A stretch of 64,000 bases of DNA from Hydrurus foetidus. Its lineage: Eukaryota. The translations under genes were made by a program, and so were the position numbers. Positions 39,017 to 47,344 of this stretch are shown here, piece by piece. Each line of letters opens with the position of its first letter. Position 1 is the first letter of the stretch. The stretch covers positions 1,178,001 to 1,242,000 of the forward strand of contig UYFQ01000001.1 of the NCBI GenBank assembly GCA_900617105.1. Reading direction: 5' to 3'. The notes under the pieces are model-generated. The model ran no database searches. It was not told the DNA's origin and saw only the letters and a list, made by a program, of their open reading frames with translations.

Positions 39017-40224
39017 GCGTGCCCATGCCTGCCACCAAGCCTGTGCCCACGCCCAAGAAATCGCGCACCCAGCGCCAGCGCCCAGCGGCGCGCAAGCTAC
39101 AACGCGCCGGGCGCTTCAGTAGCCCAGGCTACGCTCGCTCGGTGGGCGCGCCAGGTGACCTGCGCGGCCTGTTTGCCGCCATGCGTCGCTTCTTGGACAA
39201 CCGAGCCATGCTGGGCTCGACAGCGCAAGGCATTTACGGCTTTGAGCGCAACATCCGGGACTTCATCCTCTGGGCCGATGACAGAGGCGTGACCCACCCG
39301 CAGCAGGTGAGCCGCCAGGTCTTGGAGCGCTACCAGCGCTGGCTGTACCACTACCGCAAGAAGGACGGCGAGCCGCTGCACGTCAGAACCCAGCGCGGCA
39401 AGATCACGCCGCTTAAAACCTTCTTCCGCTGGCTGACCAAGACGGCCGAGATCCCGGCCAACCCGGCAGCCGATCTCGATCTGCCCCGAGACATTCGCAC
39501 CATTCCCAGAAAAATCCTCAGCGCCGAGGAGGCCGAGGTCGTGCTGAGCCTGCCTGACACCGGCACGCTGACGGGCCTGCGAGACCGGGCCATGATGGAA
39601 GTGCTGTACGCCAGCGGCATACGCCGCATGGAGATCGCCCAACTGGCCACTGACGACATTGACCAGGCCACCTGTGCGCTGCTGGTGCGCCAGGGCAAGG
39701 GCCAGAAAGACCGGCTCGTGCCGCTAGGCGCGCGCGCTTTGCACTGGGTCAACCGCTACCTCGAAGAGGCCAGGCCTCAATTGGCTTGGGACGCCAATGA
39801 CAAGACCTTGTTCCTGGGCATGAGTGGACGGCCTCTGAGCGCCAATGGGCTGTCCACCTGTGTGGCCGAGTACATCAAACGCGCCGACATCGGCAAGAGC
39901 GGCGGCTGCCACCTGTGGCGGCACACCATGGCAACGCTCATGTTGGAGGGCGGCGCGGACATCCGATTCATTCAGGCCATGCTGGGACATTCGGATATCA
40001 GCAGCACGCAGATTTACACGCAGGTGGCGATAAGGCAGCTCACCCAGGTGCATGCGCTGACGCATCCGGGGGTGAGTTTGCGCAAGGCAGAGGAGGAGAG
40101 GGCGACAGCGCCAAGCCAGGCTGAGGGCATGCCAGGGCCTGAGCCCAAACAAATGGACGCTGTCAACGCGTTTCTAACGACTTTGGCGCGTGAGGCTGAG
40201 AACGACGGGGATGCACAGGGCTGA
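39013..40224 (+). CDS. XerC/D-like tyrosine recombinase, intact 403 aa
   Basis: RDRAMMEVLYASGIRRME, GKGQKDR, CHLWRHTMATLMLEGGADIRFIQAMLGH..ISSTQIYT. Confidence 0.93.
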   Translation: MSVPMPATKPVPTPKKSRTQRQRPAARKLQRAGRFSSPGYARSVGAPGDLRGLFAAMRRFLDNRAMLGSTAQGIYGFERNIRDFILWADDRGVTHPQQVSRQVLERYQRWLYHYRKKDGEPLHVRTQRGKITPLKTFFRWLTKTAEIPANPAADLDLPRDIRTIPRKILSAEEAEVVLSLPDTGTLTGLRDRAMMEVLYASGIRRMEIAQLATDDIDQATCALLVRQGKGQKDRLVPLGARALHWVNRYLEEARPQLAWDANDKTLFLGMSGRPLSANGLSTCVAEYIKRADIGKSGGCHLWRHTMATLMLEGGADIRFIQAMLGHSDISSTQIYTQVAIRQLTQVHALTHPGVSLRKAEEERATAPSQAEGMPGPEPKQMDAVNAFLTTLAREAENDGDAQG

Positions 40225-41019
40225 GGACGTGCAAGAGGCGGCGGGACGGCTGCGGCCCGAGGGGTCAATGCCAGGCGCTGGCGCGCAGGGCTGAGATGCA
40301 GGCCAGTCCGGGCATCGAGCCCGGCCTGGCCTGGCAGCGGCTGCGGGGTGAATGGCTTGCGCCATTCAACATAACGGGCTGTTGGGCAAAGTGTGCCCAG
40401 TCGCTGCGCTAAAGCTGCGCTTGGTGTGCCCACCGCTGCGGGCGCGGCCCTTGCGCCCTGGCGGGTTTACCCAACCCCCGTTATGTCTTGCGCCCACTTC
40501 GCCGCTGCGTGTTTGGCCTATGGCTCGGCAAGCCGTAGCCAAAAGCCAAACACCGGACAGCCATGGTCAGTGCGGCCACGGCACGCCGTCGCCGCAGGCA
40601 TTCTGGTCAGGCGCTTCGCGCAGTCCTTTGTGTTAGCCCCCGCCCACCCTGTGGGGCCGTTCGCTGCGCTCACAGGCCCACGCCGGGAATGGCCCGTCCG
40701 CCCCCCAAGGGGGCTCCCTCCATCCCGGCGTGGGGTCGGTGGCCTTGGCGTGTGCTGGTGGTGTGCGGGCTTCTTAGGTCACGGCTCGCTGCGCATCGCC
40801 GCGAAACCCCCATCCCTCAAAGGTGGCGAGGGTGCAGCAGCGGTGCCAGGCAGTCAAGGCCGCTGCGCGCCGCCTGGTGGCGGTGGCCTGCGGCCAGCCT
40901 TGACAGCCTGTCCCCGCCGCCGCCCGTGTCGCTCATGCGGGGTGGGGGTTCCCTGCACGCACAGCGTGCCAGGCCTCACACCTGTGTTCAACCACCGTCA
41001 GTTATTCAAGGAGATCTTT

Positions 41020-41295
41020 ATGCAACGCAAAACCAAACCAGCAACCAAGCCTGCAACCAAGGCCGTCACAAAACGCCTCACGCTGAGCCTGCCGCCTGAG
41101 TTCATGGCGCTGTGCCAGCGCGACGGCGTGCCGCCCGAGCTGGTGCTGCGCGGCTTCATTGCAGACCTGTGCGAGATCATGAGCTGGGCCGCCGATCCGC
41201 GCACGGACGGCTATTGCAGCAACGGCAGTGACGAGCGCCGCATGGCTGGCGACTATTACGAGCGCGTGGGCTACCCGTGGTGGAACAAGCCCTGA
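41020..41295 (+). CDS. Small hypothetical protein (91 aa)
   Basis: AAGGAG RBS before ATG 41020; ...VLRGFIADLC...SNGSDERR...YYERVGY; followed by a hairpin. Confidence 0.7.
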   Translation: MQRKTKPATKPATKAVTKRLTLSLPPEFMALCQRDGVPPELVLRGFIADLCEIMSWAADPRTDGYCSNGSDERRMAGDYYERVGYPWWNKP

Positions 41296-41305
41296 GTACA
41301 GCCAA

Positions 41306-41325
41306 GCACGGGCTGACGCCCGTGC
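41306..41325 (+). terminator. GC hairpin after the small ORF
   Basis: GCACGGGC-TGAC-GCCCGTGC; no U-tract. Confidence 0.4.
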
Positions 41326-41343
41326 AGATCGCTGCTGAAGCGG

Positions 41344-42003
41344 CTATGAACACCCGCAGCTAAAGAAGAACTGCCGCCATCCACCATCCTTCTTTAGCCG
41401 CCTGTCTGTGGTGCCTGTCGGCGCAAAACTGCACATCGCGCGCGCGTGCCAAAATCTGTCCATGCTCACCACCACCCATACCCGCAAACCCGCGCCAATG
41501 CTGGCGCGCCGGGGTATGCGACTACGAATTTGTGTCAGGCCAAATGCGTTCCGAAAAGCCTTGCCCTTCGCCGTGCGGTACACCGCAAAATCCGTCCGGT
41601 CGATGGTGATGATGTCTGTCACGCCCGTCTTGTTGGCCAGCCAGACCAGCGAAGCGTCTGCCAAGTCCATGGGGCGATCGGCGTATTTGCGCATCAGGGC
41701 GGACAAGCCGGGCAAGTCATCTGCGGCCAGTGAGGCGATGGTCATCAGTCCGTGGCGGTTGCCTGCGTCAAGCCAGTCGAGCAAATCACCTTGCAAAGTA
41801 GCGCTGAAATCCAAAAAGTACATCACTTCAGAAACCACTTCCCATGTGGTGTGGCAGCGCAAGTGGGCGCCCTGGATTTTGAAGAAGGCGTTGGCCCGCT
41901 CGTGGTGTTTGTCGCGTGGATTGAAAAGGGCGGCTAAAGGGCCGCTGTCGAGTAGTTTCGAGCCTGTGGCCAGCGTGGATGTGGTTATTCGTTTGGCAGT
42001 CAT
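41344..42003 (-). CDS. vapC: PIN-domain (VapC-like) toxin with an atypical ~65-aa C-terminal extension
   Basis: LLDSGPL, DKHH, VVSEVMYFL, KYADRPMDLADASL, ITIDRTDF. Confidence 0.82.
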   Translation of the reverse strand: MTAKRITTSTLATGSKLLDSGPLAALFNPRDKHHERANAFFKIQGAHLRCHTTWEVVSEVMYFLDFSATLQGDLLDWLDAGNRHGLMTIASLAADDLPGLSALMRKYADRPMDLADASLVWLANKTGVTDIITIDRTDFAVYRTAKGKAFRNAFGLTQIRSRIPRRASIGAGLRVWVVVSMDRFWHARAMCSFAPTGTTDRRLKKDGGWRQFFFSCGCS

Positions 42004-42005
42004 GC

Positions 42006-42272
42006 TCAGCGGTGTTTAGCTTGCAAGCGCTCGCGCACGATCTGTTTGATATGGGCGGACTGGCGCGTTGAGTCGCCCAGTATCTCTGTCGTTTGAGCCA
42101 TTTTCAGGTCGTACAAACTGACTGAAGTGGTCGGTGTGTCGTTTGCACTGACCATTTCGCGCAAAGCACGTTTCACCAAGTCTGATTTGCTCAAACCCGT
42201 TTGGGCGCGTAAACGGGTGACGATATCCACGTCGTCTTCGGTTAAGCGGAGGGTTAAAAATTGAGCGTTCAT
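42006..42272 (-). CDS. Ribbon-helix-helix antitoxin (CopG/VapB-like)
   Basis: LTLRLTEDD...TGLSKSDLVKRALRE; ends 2 bp before the PIN gene start. Confidence 0.78.
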   Translation of the reverse strand: MNAQFLTLRLTEDDVDIVTRLRAQTGLSKSDLVKRALREMVSANDTPTTSVSLYDLKMAQTTEILGDSTRQSAHIKQIVRERLQAKHR

Positions 42273-42359
42273 GGTTGGTGCTGCGGTGTGATGGGTCTGC
42301 GTTGTACTACAAGAGAATAGATTGTGTCACGTCTATCAATCTTAGCAACGCACAAGCTT

Positions 42360-42381
42360 TGGGGTGAAAAAACTCACCCCA
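42360..42381 (-). terminator. Hairpin downstream of the dapA-like gene
   Basis: TGGGGTGA-AAAAAC-TCACCCCA. Confidence 0.35.
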
Positions 42382-42424
42382 GCTTTCACCCCACCGTGTG
42401 TACCGCCGCAGTCGCATGAGGGCT

Positions 42425-43354
42425 TCAGGTTGCAGGCAAAAGCACTGTCAGTTTGCACACCAGCCCCTCACTCGCCGCCGTCATTGGCGCACGCAACTCT
42501 GCCGTCATCCAGCCCTGCTGCGCCAGCATGGCTTTGATGGGAGCAGGGTTGGGTTCTTCGAAGGCGGCTTGAATCAAGGGCAGCAGTGGTTGCCACAGTC
42601 GGCGAGCTTGTATCAGATCGCCTTGAGCGATGCTTTGTATGACGGCCACAAAAGCTGCTGTTTGAACATGTGCGCTGGCGGCAATGGCCCCGGCACCGCC
42701 CAAGGCCATCGTGCTGAAAATTTGCGCATCCTCGCCTGCCAGCACTTGCAGCTGGCCATCGGCGATCAAGGCTTGCGTCTTGGCGGCATCGCCTGCGCAG
42801 TCTTTGATGGCGGCGATGCGGGGGTGCTGGGCCAGTGTGCGCAGTGTCTGCAAGGCCAGCACCGAGCCTGTGCGATAGGGAATGTCGTAAATCAAGACGG
42901 GCACGGTGGACGCATCAGCGATGGCGTTGAACCACTGCAACAGCCCTGTCTGCGATGGGCGGATGTAGCTGGGCGCGGGCACCAGCAGCCCAGCAATTGG
43001 GTTGGGCGTGGATCGGGTGCTGAGTTGACGCACCCAAGCCAGGGTGTGCGGCAAATGCTCGCCCGATAAGCCCATCACCACGGGCAAGCCGTCGGCGGCG
43101 GCATGGATGGCATCCAGCACCGCCAGTTGCTCGGCGGTGTCCAGCGCAGCGGCTTCGCCGGTCGAGCCGCAGGCGACAAAGCCCGCAATGCCGGTGCCAC
43201 GCAGATGCTGAACAAGCCGCGTTAACGCTGGGAAATCAACGGCACCGTCACGAAACGGCGTGACCAGGGGAATCCACAGTCCCGCAAAGCTGGGCGAAGC
43301 TGTCGAAGAAGGGGGCGAAGAAAGTGAAGGCATCGAAGAAGAAGCGCTTGGCAT
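42425..43354 (-). CDS. dapA: 4-hydroxy-tetrahydrodipicolinate synthase family protein
   Basis: LVTPF, GSTGE, YDIPYRTG, AIKDC, EPNPAPIKA. Confidence 0.88.
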   Translation of the reverse strand: MPSASSSMPSLSSPPSSTASPSFAGLWIPLVTPFRDGAVDFPALTRLVQHLRGTGIAGFVACGSTGEAAALDTAEQLAVLDAIHAAADGLPVVMGLSGEHLPHTLAWVRQLSTRSTPNPIAGLLVPAPSYIRPSQTGLLQWFNAIADASTVPVLIYDIPYRTGSVLALQTLRTLAQHPRIAAIKDCAGDAAKTQALIADGQLQVLAGEDAQIFSTMALGGAGAIAASAHVQTAAFVAVIQSIAQGDLIQARRLWQPLLPLIQAAFEEPNPAPIKAMLAQQGWMTAELRAPMTAASEGLVCKLTVLLPAT

Positions 43355-43431
43355 ACATCATTCCAAAAAGAAGGAAACATGACCGATGGAAGGCCATCAT
43401 CAGATGCAGCGGGGAAGGGTGAAGAGGGGCT

Positions 43432-43593
43432 AACTCCGTCGGTTCCGTCGCTCATCTGAGGACGGAACCACAGCTCCGGTCAGATGAGCTGAAGTTTTTT
43501 AGATTTGCTGCCGCTGAATGCCGCACGCCCTACTGCGCGCCCATTTGCACGGTGGGGCACAGACTGACGGGTGGCAAACGAGGTAGAAATCAT
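43432..43593 (-). promoter_or_regulatory. Putative leader peptide (43480-43593, 37 aa, ends KSKKLQLI*) and attenuator hairpins for dapA
   Basis: Manual translation; overlapping alternative stems at 43441-43492. Confidence 0.65.
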
Positions 43594-43619
43594 GGCTGGC
43601 AGTGTAGCATCGCAGCCCT

Positions 43620-44129
43620 ATGAATACCCCCCGCGTCAGTATCCAAACCCAAGACTTTGATGCCACCAGCGAGCTTGCCGCGCTGCGGTTGAACGATGCC
43701 CGTGTCGGCGCGGTGTGCAGCTTCATCGGCACGGTGCGTGAGCGTCGGGCGCACACGGACAGTGCGCCGCCTGTGCTCAGCATGGAGCTAGAGCACTACC
43801 CCGGCATGACGGAAAAAGCCATCGAGGCGATGGTTGAAGAGGCGATGGCCCGCTTCAACATCTTCGCCGCCCGCGTTATCCACCGCGTGGGGCTGTTGCA
43901 GCCGATGGACCAAATTGTGTTCGTCGCCGTTACCTCGTCTCACCGGGGTGAAAGCTACCAAGCGTGTGAGTTTTTGATGGACTACCTGAAAACCCAAGCG
44001 CCGTTTTGGAAGAAAGAGCAAACCCCTGAAGGGGCGCAGTGGGTGGATGCACGGGAGAGTGATGATGCGGCGCTAGCGCGGTGGGGGATTGTGTCTGCTC
44101 TTACGCCCAATGTGGCAGCCAAGGCTTAA
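43620..44129 (+). CDS. moaE: Molybdopterin synthase catalytic subunit
   Basis: GAVCSFIGTVR, LEHYPGMTE, HRVG, MDYLKTQAPFWKKE. Confidence 0.95.
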   Translation: MNTPRVSIQTQDFDATSELAALRLNDARVGAVCSFIGTVRERRAHTDSAPPVLSMELEHYPGMTEKAIEAMVEEAMARFNIFAARVIHRVGLLQPMDQIVFVAVTSSHRGESYQACEFLMDYLKTQAPFWKKEQTPEGAQWVDARESDDAALARWGIVSALTPNVAAKA

Positions 44130-44140
44130 CACAGCCTCCT

Positions 44141-45757
44141 TTAAGCACTCACCCCCAGCCGGGTCGCCAGCCTGACCAGATTCGCCCGGTGCAGGCCCAA
44201 GCTGCGGGCCGCTGCCGCCCAATTGTGGTGATGCAGGGCCAAGCTGGCTTCAATGCGTGTGCGCTGGTGTGCTTCGACAGAGGTGCGCAGATCGTCGGTA
44301 TCCAGGGGCAGAGGGCGTACCGTGCTCGTTTCTGAGGTTGTGGCAGCGATGGCTTGCACGGCGGGCTGTGCGGGCAATGTAGGCAAATCGCAATGTGTGG
44401 CGGTGATGGTGACACCCAGCCGCCCAGCGCTGCGGGTGGTGCTGGGTGCATTGCTGTTGATTGTTTTGCGCTTTGCTTGCGCCATCGCTTTCAATGCACT
44501 GCGGCTGATGAGGTGCTCTAACTCACGCACATTGCCGGGCCAGTCATAGCGCAGCAGTGCGGTTTGTGCTGTGGCATCGAGCCGCAGGCTGCCTAGCCCC
44601 AAGCGGGCACGGTTTTGCTCTAAAAAGTTGCCCGCCAGCATCAGCACGTCTTGCTCACGTTCGCGCAAGGGGGGCAGTGGCAGAGGGTAGACGCTGAGGC
44701 GGTGGTAAAAATCCGCACGGTAGCGGCCCGCTCGAACCTCTTGGGCCAGGTCGCGGTTGGTGGCGGCAATCAGGCGCACATCCACGGCGTGTGCTTTGTC
44801 GGAACCCAAGCGTTGCAGTTGCCCGTTTTGCAGCACGCGGAGCAGCTTGGCCTGCACCGTGAGCGATAACTCGCCCACTTCGTCCAAAAACAAGGTGCCG
44901 CCGTCGGCCAGTTCAAACTTGCCACGGCGATCCGCTACGGCCCCTGAAAAGGCACCACGCACATGCCCAAACAGCTCGCTTTCGACCAGCGTTTCGGGTA
45001 AGGCGGCGCAATTCACGCTGATGAAAGGGCGCTGTGCGCGTGGCGATGCAGCGTGCAAAGCCTGGGCAGCCAATTCTTTGCCGACACCCGTCTCCCCTGT
45101 GACCAAGACGGTCAGATCACTGTTGCCAACGAGGGCAATGTCTTCCATTAAGAGCTGGTAGGCGGCGCTTTGCCCGATCAATGTGGCGGGGCTTTTCTCG
45201 CTCACCCATTGGCGGTAGCTGTCGGCGCGGTGGCGTTCGTCTTCCACCCGCAAAGCTAAGCGTGCAATGCGCTGTACCACGCTGGCGGTGGCTGCGGCGA
45301 GGCTCGCAAAAGCTTGTATGTCGTCCAGTGCCACGGCAGAGAATTTTTCTGGGTGCAGTGAGTCCAGTGTCAGCACCCCCCAGAGGGTTTCACCCACCCG
45401 CACGGGGCAACCCATGCAGTCATGGACATCCAACAAGCCCGGCGCTTGGGGTATCCCCTGCACCAGCCCGTCATACGGATCAGGCAGATCGCTGTGGGTA
45501 GGGAACCGCATGGGGCCCTGCGCTTGCAACAGGTGCGCAAAGCGCGGATGTTCCGTTACCTTGAAGCGTCTGCCCAGCGTGTCCGGGCTTAAACCGTTGA
45601 CAGCCAAGGGCACCAGCCATTCGCCTTCGAGTTTGAGCAGGGCGGTGGCATCGCATGGGAGCAAGGTGCGCACGGCTTCGAGCAAGCGGCGGTAGCGTTC
45701 AGCATCGGGCAAATCACGTGACAAGTCATCAATCAGCGGAACTAAGGTGGCAAGCAT
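44141..45757 (-). CDS. norR: NO-sensing sigma54-dependent activator (GAF-AAA+-HTH)
   Basis: GLSPDTLGRRF, LPDPYDGL, VHDCMGC, GETGVGKE, GAFSGA, WPGNVRELEH. Confidence 0.92.
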   Translation of the reverse strand: MLATLVPLIDDLSRDLPDAERYRRLLEAVRTLLPCDATALLKLEGEWLVPLAVNGLSPDTLGRRFKVTEHPRFAHLLQAQGPMRFPTHSDLPDPYDGLVQGIPQAPGLLDVHDCMGCPVRVGETLWGVLTLDSLHPEKFSAVALDDIQAFASLAAATASVVQRIARLALRVEDERHRADSYRQWVSEKSPATLIGQSAAYQLLMEDIALVGNSDLTVLVTGETGVGKELAAQALHAASPRAQRPFISVNCAALPETLVESELFGHVRGAFSGAVADRRGKFELADGGTLFLDEVGELSLTVQAKLLRVLQNGQLQRLGSDKAHAVDVRLIAATNRDLAQEVRAGRYRADFYHRLSVYPLPLPPLREREQDVLMLAGNFLEQNRARLGLGSLRLDATAQTALLRYDWPGNVRELEHLISRSALKAMAQAKRKTINSNAPSTTRSAGRLGVTITATHCDLPTLPAQPAVQAIAATTSETSTVRPLPLDTDDLRTSVEAHQRTRIEASLALHHHNWAAAARSLGLHRANLVRLATRLGVSA

Positions 45758-45876
45758 CAAATTGACTCATTTTAAAAAAATTATTTCATTTTGACATTTT
45801 TTAAAATGTATCAAAATGATTTTTTATTTTGTAAGTTGTTGATTTTTATGAATTCATCGGCAGGCATGAGATTTGA
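45756..45876 (+). promoter_or_regulatory. Three degenerate NorR boxes and a sigma54-like promoter for hmp
   Basis: ATCAAATTGAC 45756-66, TTCATTTTGAC 45785-95, ATCAAAATGAT 45810-20 (cf. GTCA-N3-TGAC); AGGCATGAGATTTGA gives GG-N10-GA at 45863-76. Confidence 0.55.
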
Positions 45877-45949
45877 TAACAATTCAAGGGACAAAGCAGG
45901 GTTTTTGGCTTTGCAACGTGCAAGCCGCCCCGCCAAGCCAGGAGTTTTT

Positions 45950-47149
45950 ATGCTGTCCCCAGAACAACGTGCCATCGTCAAATCCACCGTGCCTTTGCTA
46001 GAGGCTGGCGGCGAGGCGCTGACCACGCATTTCTACGCAATCTTGCTCGCGGAGCACCCCGAAGTGCGCCCTTTTTTCAATGCCGCCCATCAAGCCAATG
46101 GTGAGCAGCCCCGTGCGCTGGCCAATGCCGTGCTGATGTATGCCCGCCATATCGATACCCTGGATCAGCTGGGAGGATTGGTCACGCAAATCATTCAAAA
46201 GCACGTGGCTTTGAACATCGAGCCTGCACATTACCCCATCATCGGGGCTTGTTTGCTGCGGGCCATTCGCGAAGTTTTAGGTGCTGACACCGCCACCCCC
46301 GAGGTACTTGCAGCTTGGGGTGAGGCTTACCAGCAGCTGGCCGATATTTTGATGGGGGCCGAAGAAACTTGCTATGCCCAGGCTGCAGCCGCGCTCGGTG
46401 GTTGGCGCGGCAAACGCCGCTTTCGTGTGGCCGCTAAGGTGGTTGAAAGCGCTGAAATCACGTCGTTTTATCTGATGCCGCAAGACGGCGCTGCGTTGAT
46501 GAGCTTTGCACCGGGCCAGTACATTGGGTTGGTGCTGGAAGTGCCAGGGCAAGCGCACAAGCAAGAGATCAGGCGCAACTATTCGTTGTCTGCTGCAGCG
46601 AATGGGCAGCATTACCGCATCAGCGTGAAGCGTGAGGTAGGGGGCTTAGCGTCCAATTTCTTGCACGACCATGTGCAGGTCGATGACGTGCTGGATGTAC
46701 TGCCACCCGCTGGTGCTTTCGTTTTAACGCAGAGCGAAAAACCCGTGGTGCTGATAAGTGGTGGTGTGGGCATTACCCCAACGCTGGCGATGCTGGAAGT
46801 GGCTTTGCAAGGCACGCGGCCTGTGCATTTCATCCATTTCACACGCAACAGCGCCGTTCATTCTTTTCGCGAAACCCTGCTCACCTACGCCCAAAAGCAC
46901 AGCCAACTGCAGTATTTTTATGTGTATGACCAAGCTGCGACACCCTCAGAGCAAGCCCAGCCGCATGCCACGGGGTTGCTCACGTCTGACCAGTTGGCGC
47001 AGTTTTTGCCGGCATCGCGAGACGTGGATGCCTACTTTTTAGGCCCGAAGCCGTTCATGCGGAAAATAAAGCAGCAGTTGCAAGAGCTGGGCGTGCCTAC
47101 CGCCCAAACGAGCTATGAGTTTTTTGGCCCCGCCAGCGCATTGGATTAA
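45950..47149 (+). CDS. hmp: Flavohemoprotein (NO dioxygenase)
   Basis: GGAG RBS; globin QPRALA..KHVAL..HYPIIG; RNYSLS, SGGVGITP, YEFFGP. Confidence 0.95.
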   Translation: MLSPEQRAIVKSTVPLLEAGGEALTTHFYAILLAEHPEVRPFFNAAHQANGEQPRALANAVLMYARHIDTLDQLGGLVTQIIQKHVALNIEPAHYPIIGACLLRAIREVLGADTATPEVLAAWGEAYQQLADILMGAEETCYAQAAAALGGWRGKRRFRVAAKVVESAEITSFYLMPQDGAALMSFAPGQYIGLVLEVPGQAHKQEIRRNYSLSAAANGQHYRISVKREVGGLASNFLHDHVQVDDVLDVLPPAGAFVLTQSEKPVVLISGGVGITPTLAMLEVALQGTRPVHFIHFTRNSAVHSFRETLLTYAQKHSQLQYFYVYDQAATPSEQAQPHATGLLTSDQLAQFLPASRDVDAYFLGPKPFMRKIKQQLQELGVPTAQTSYEFFGPASALD

Positions 47150-47167
47150 GCGCTATTGGGTTGAAAC

Positions 47168-47333
47168 TACTGCGGCTTGAACCCACTCGCCTTGATGATC
47201 TGCGAAAAGCTTGACAGGCGTACCGCTTTGCGCATGAACGGGGCTGGTCATCAGTGTGAGAGCACCGGCAACAGCAGCTACAGCACGAACCAGTGCGTGG
47301 CGACGAGAAACAGTCATAGCAAACTCCAGGTTT
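47168..47333 (-). pseudogene. Internally deleted copy of the bug/tctC gene at 48538-49524
   Basis: 47168-47203 matches 48539-48574 and 47205-47333 matches 49412-49540 with a few substitutions. Confidence 0.9.
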
Positions 47334-47344
47334 ACGGCTTGCAG

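Larger units (their letters stand above)
25650..40119 (+). repeat. Head-to-tail tandem duplication, unit 7,234 bp (25650-32885 matches 32884-40119)
   Basis: All internal ORFs recur at a constant +7234 offset with identical translations; breakpoints read directly, 2-bp AG overlap. Confidence 0.97.
25093..41530. mobile_element. Integrative element: orphan toxin-CT/immunity + cargo + XRE + primase-helicase + tyrosine recombinase (core duplicated); ends approximate
   Basis: Gene content, abrupt start after the boxB stop, AT-richer toxin tip/immunity, structured non-coding right end; no att repeat identified. Confidence 0.75.

Noticed and set aside
39013..40224. Calling the recombinase chromosomal xerC/xerD or an integron integrase
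   Set aside because: It is coupled to a primase in a mobile context; no integron-specific insertion or attC array is evident.
40393..41019. N-terminal ~210 aa of the 300-aa ORF 40393-41295
   Set aside because: Pro/Arg/Gly-rich open frame over GC hairpins; a clear RBS and ATG at 41020 mark the more plausible gene.
28858..41401. Recurrent 11-mer or tandem unit as a CRISPR array
   Set aside because: Spacing is irregular at kb scale, the repeat is too short, and no cas genes are present.
25080..41560. attL/attR direct repeats or a tRNA target at the island ends
   Set aside because: No shared repeat or tRNA could be seen by eye; the ends remain approximate.
43620..44129. moaE without an adjacent moaD/moeA as a sign of rearrangement
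   Set aside because: Split moa loci are common and this cannot be judged without the rest of the genome.
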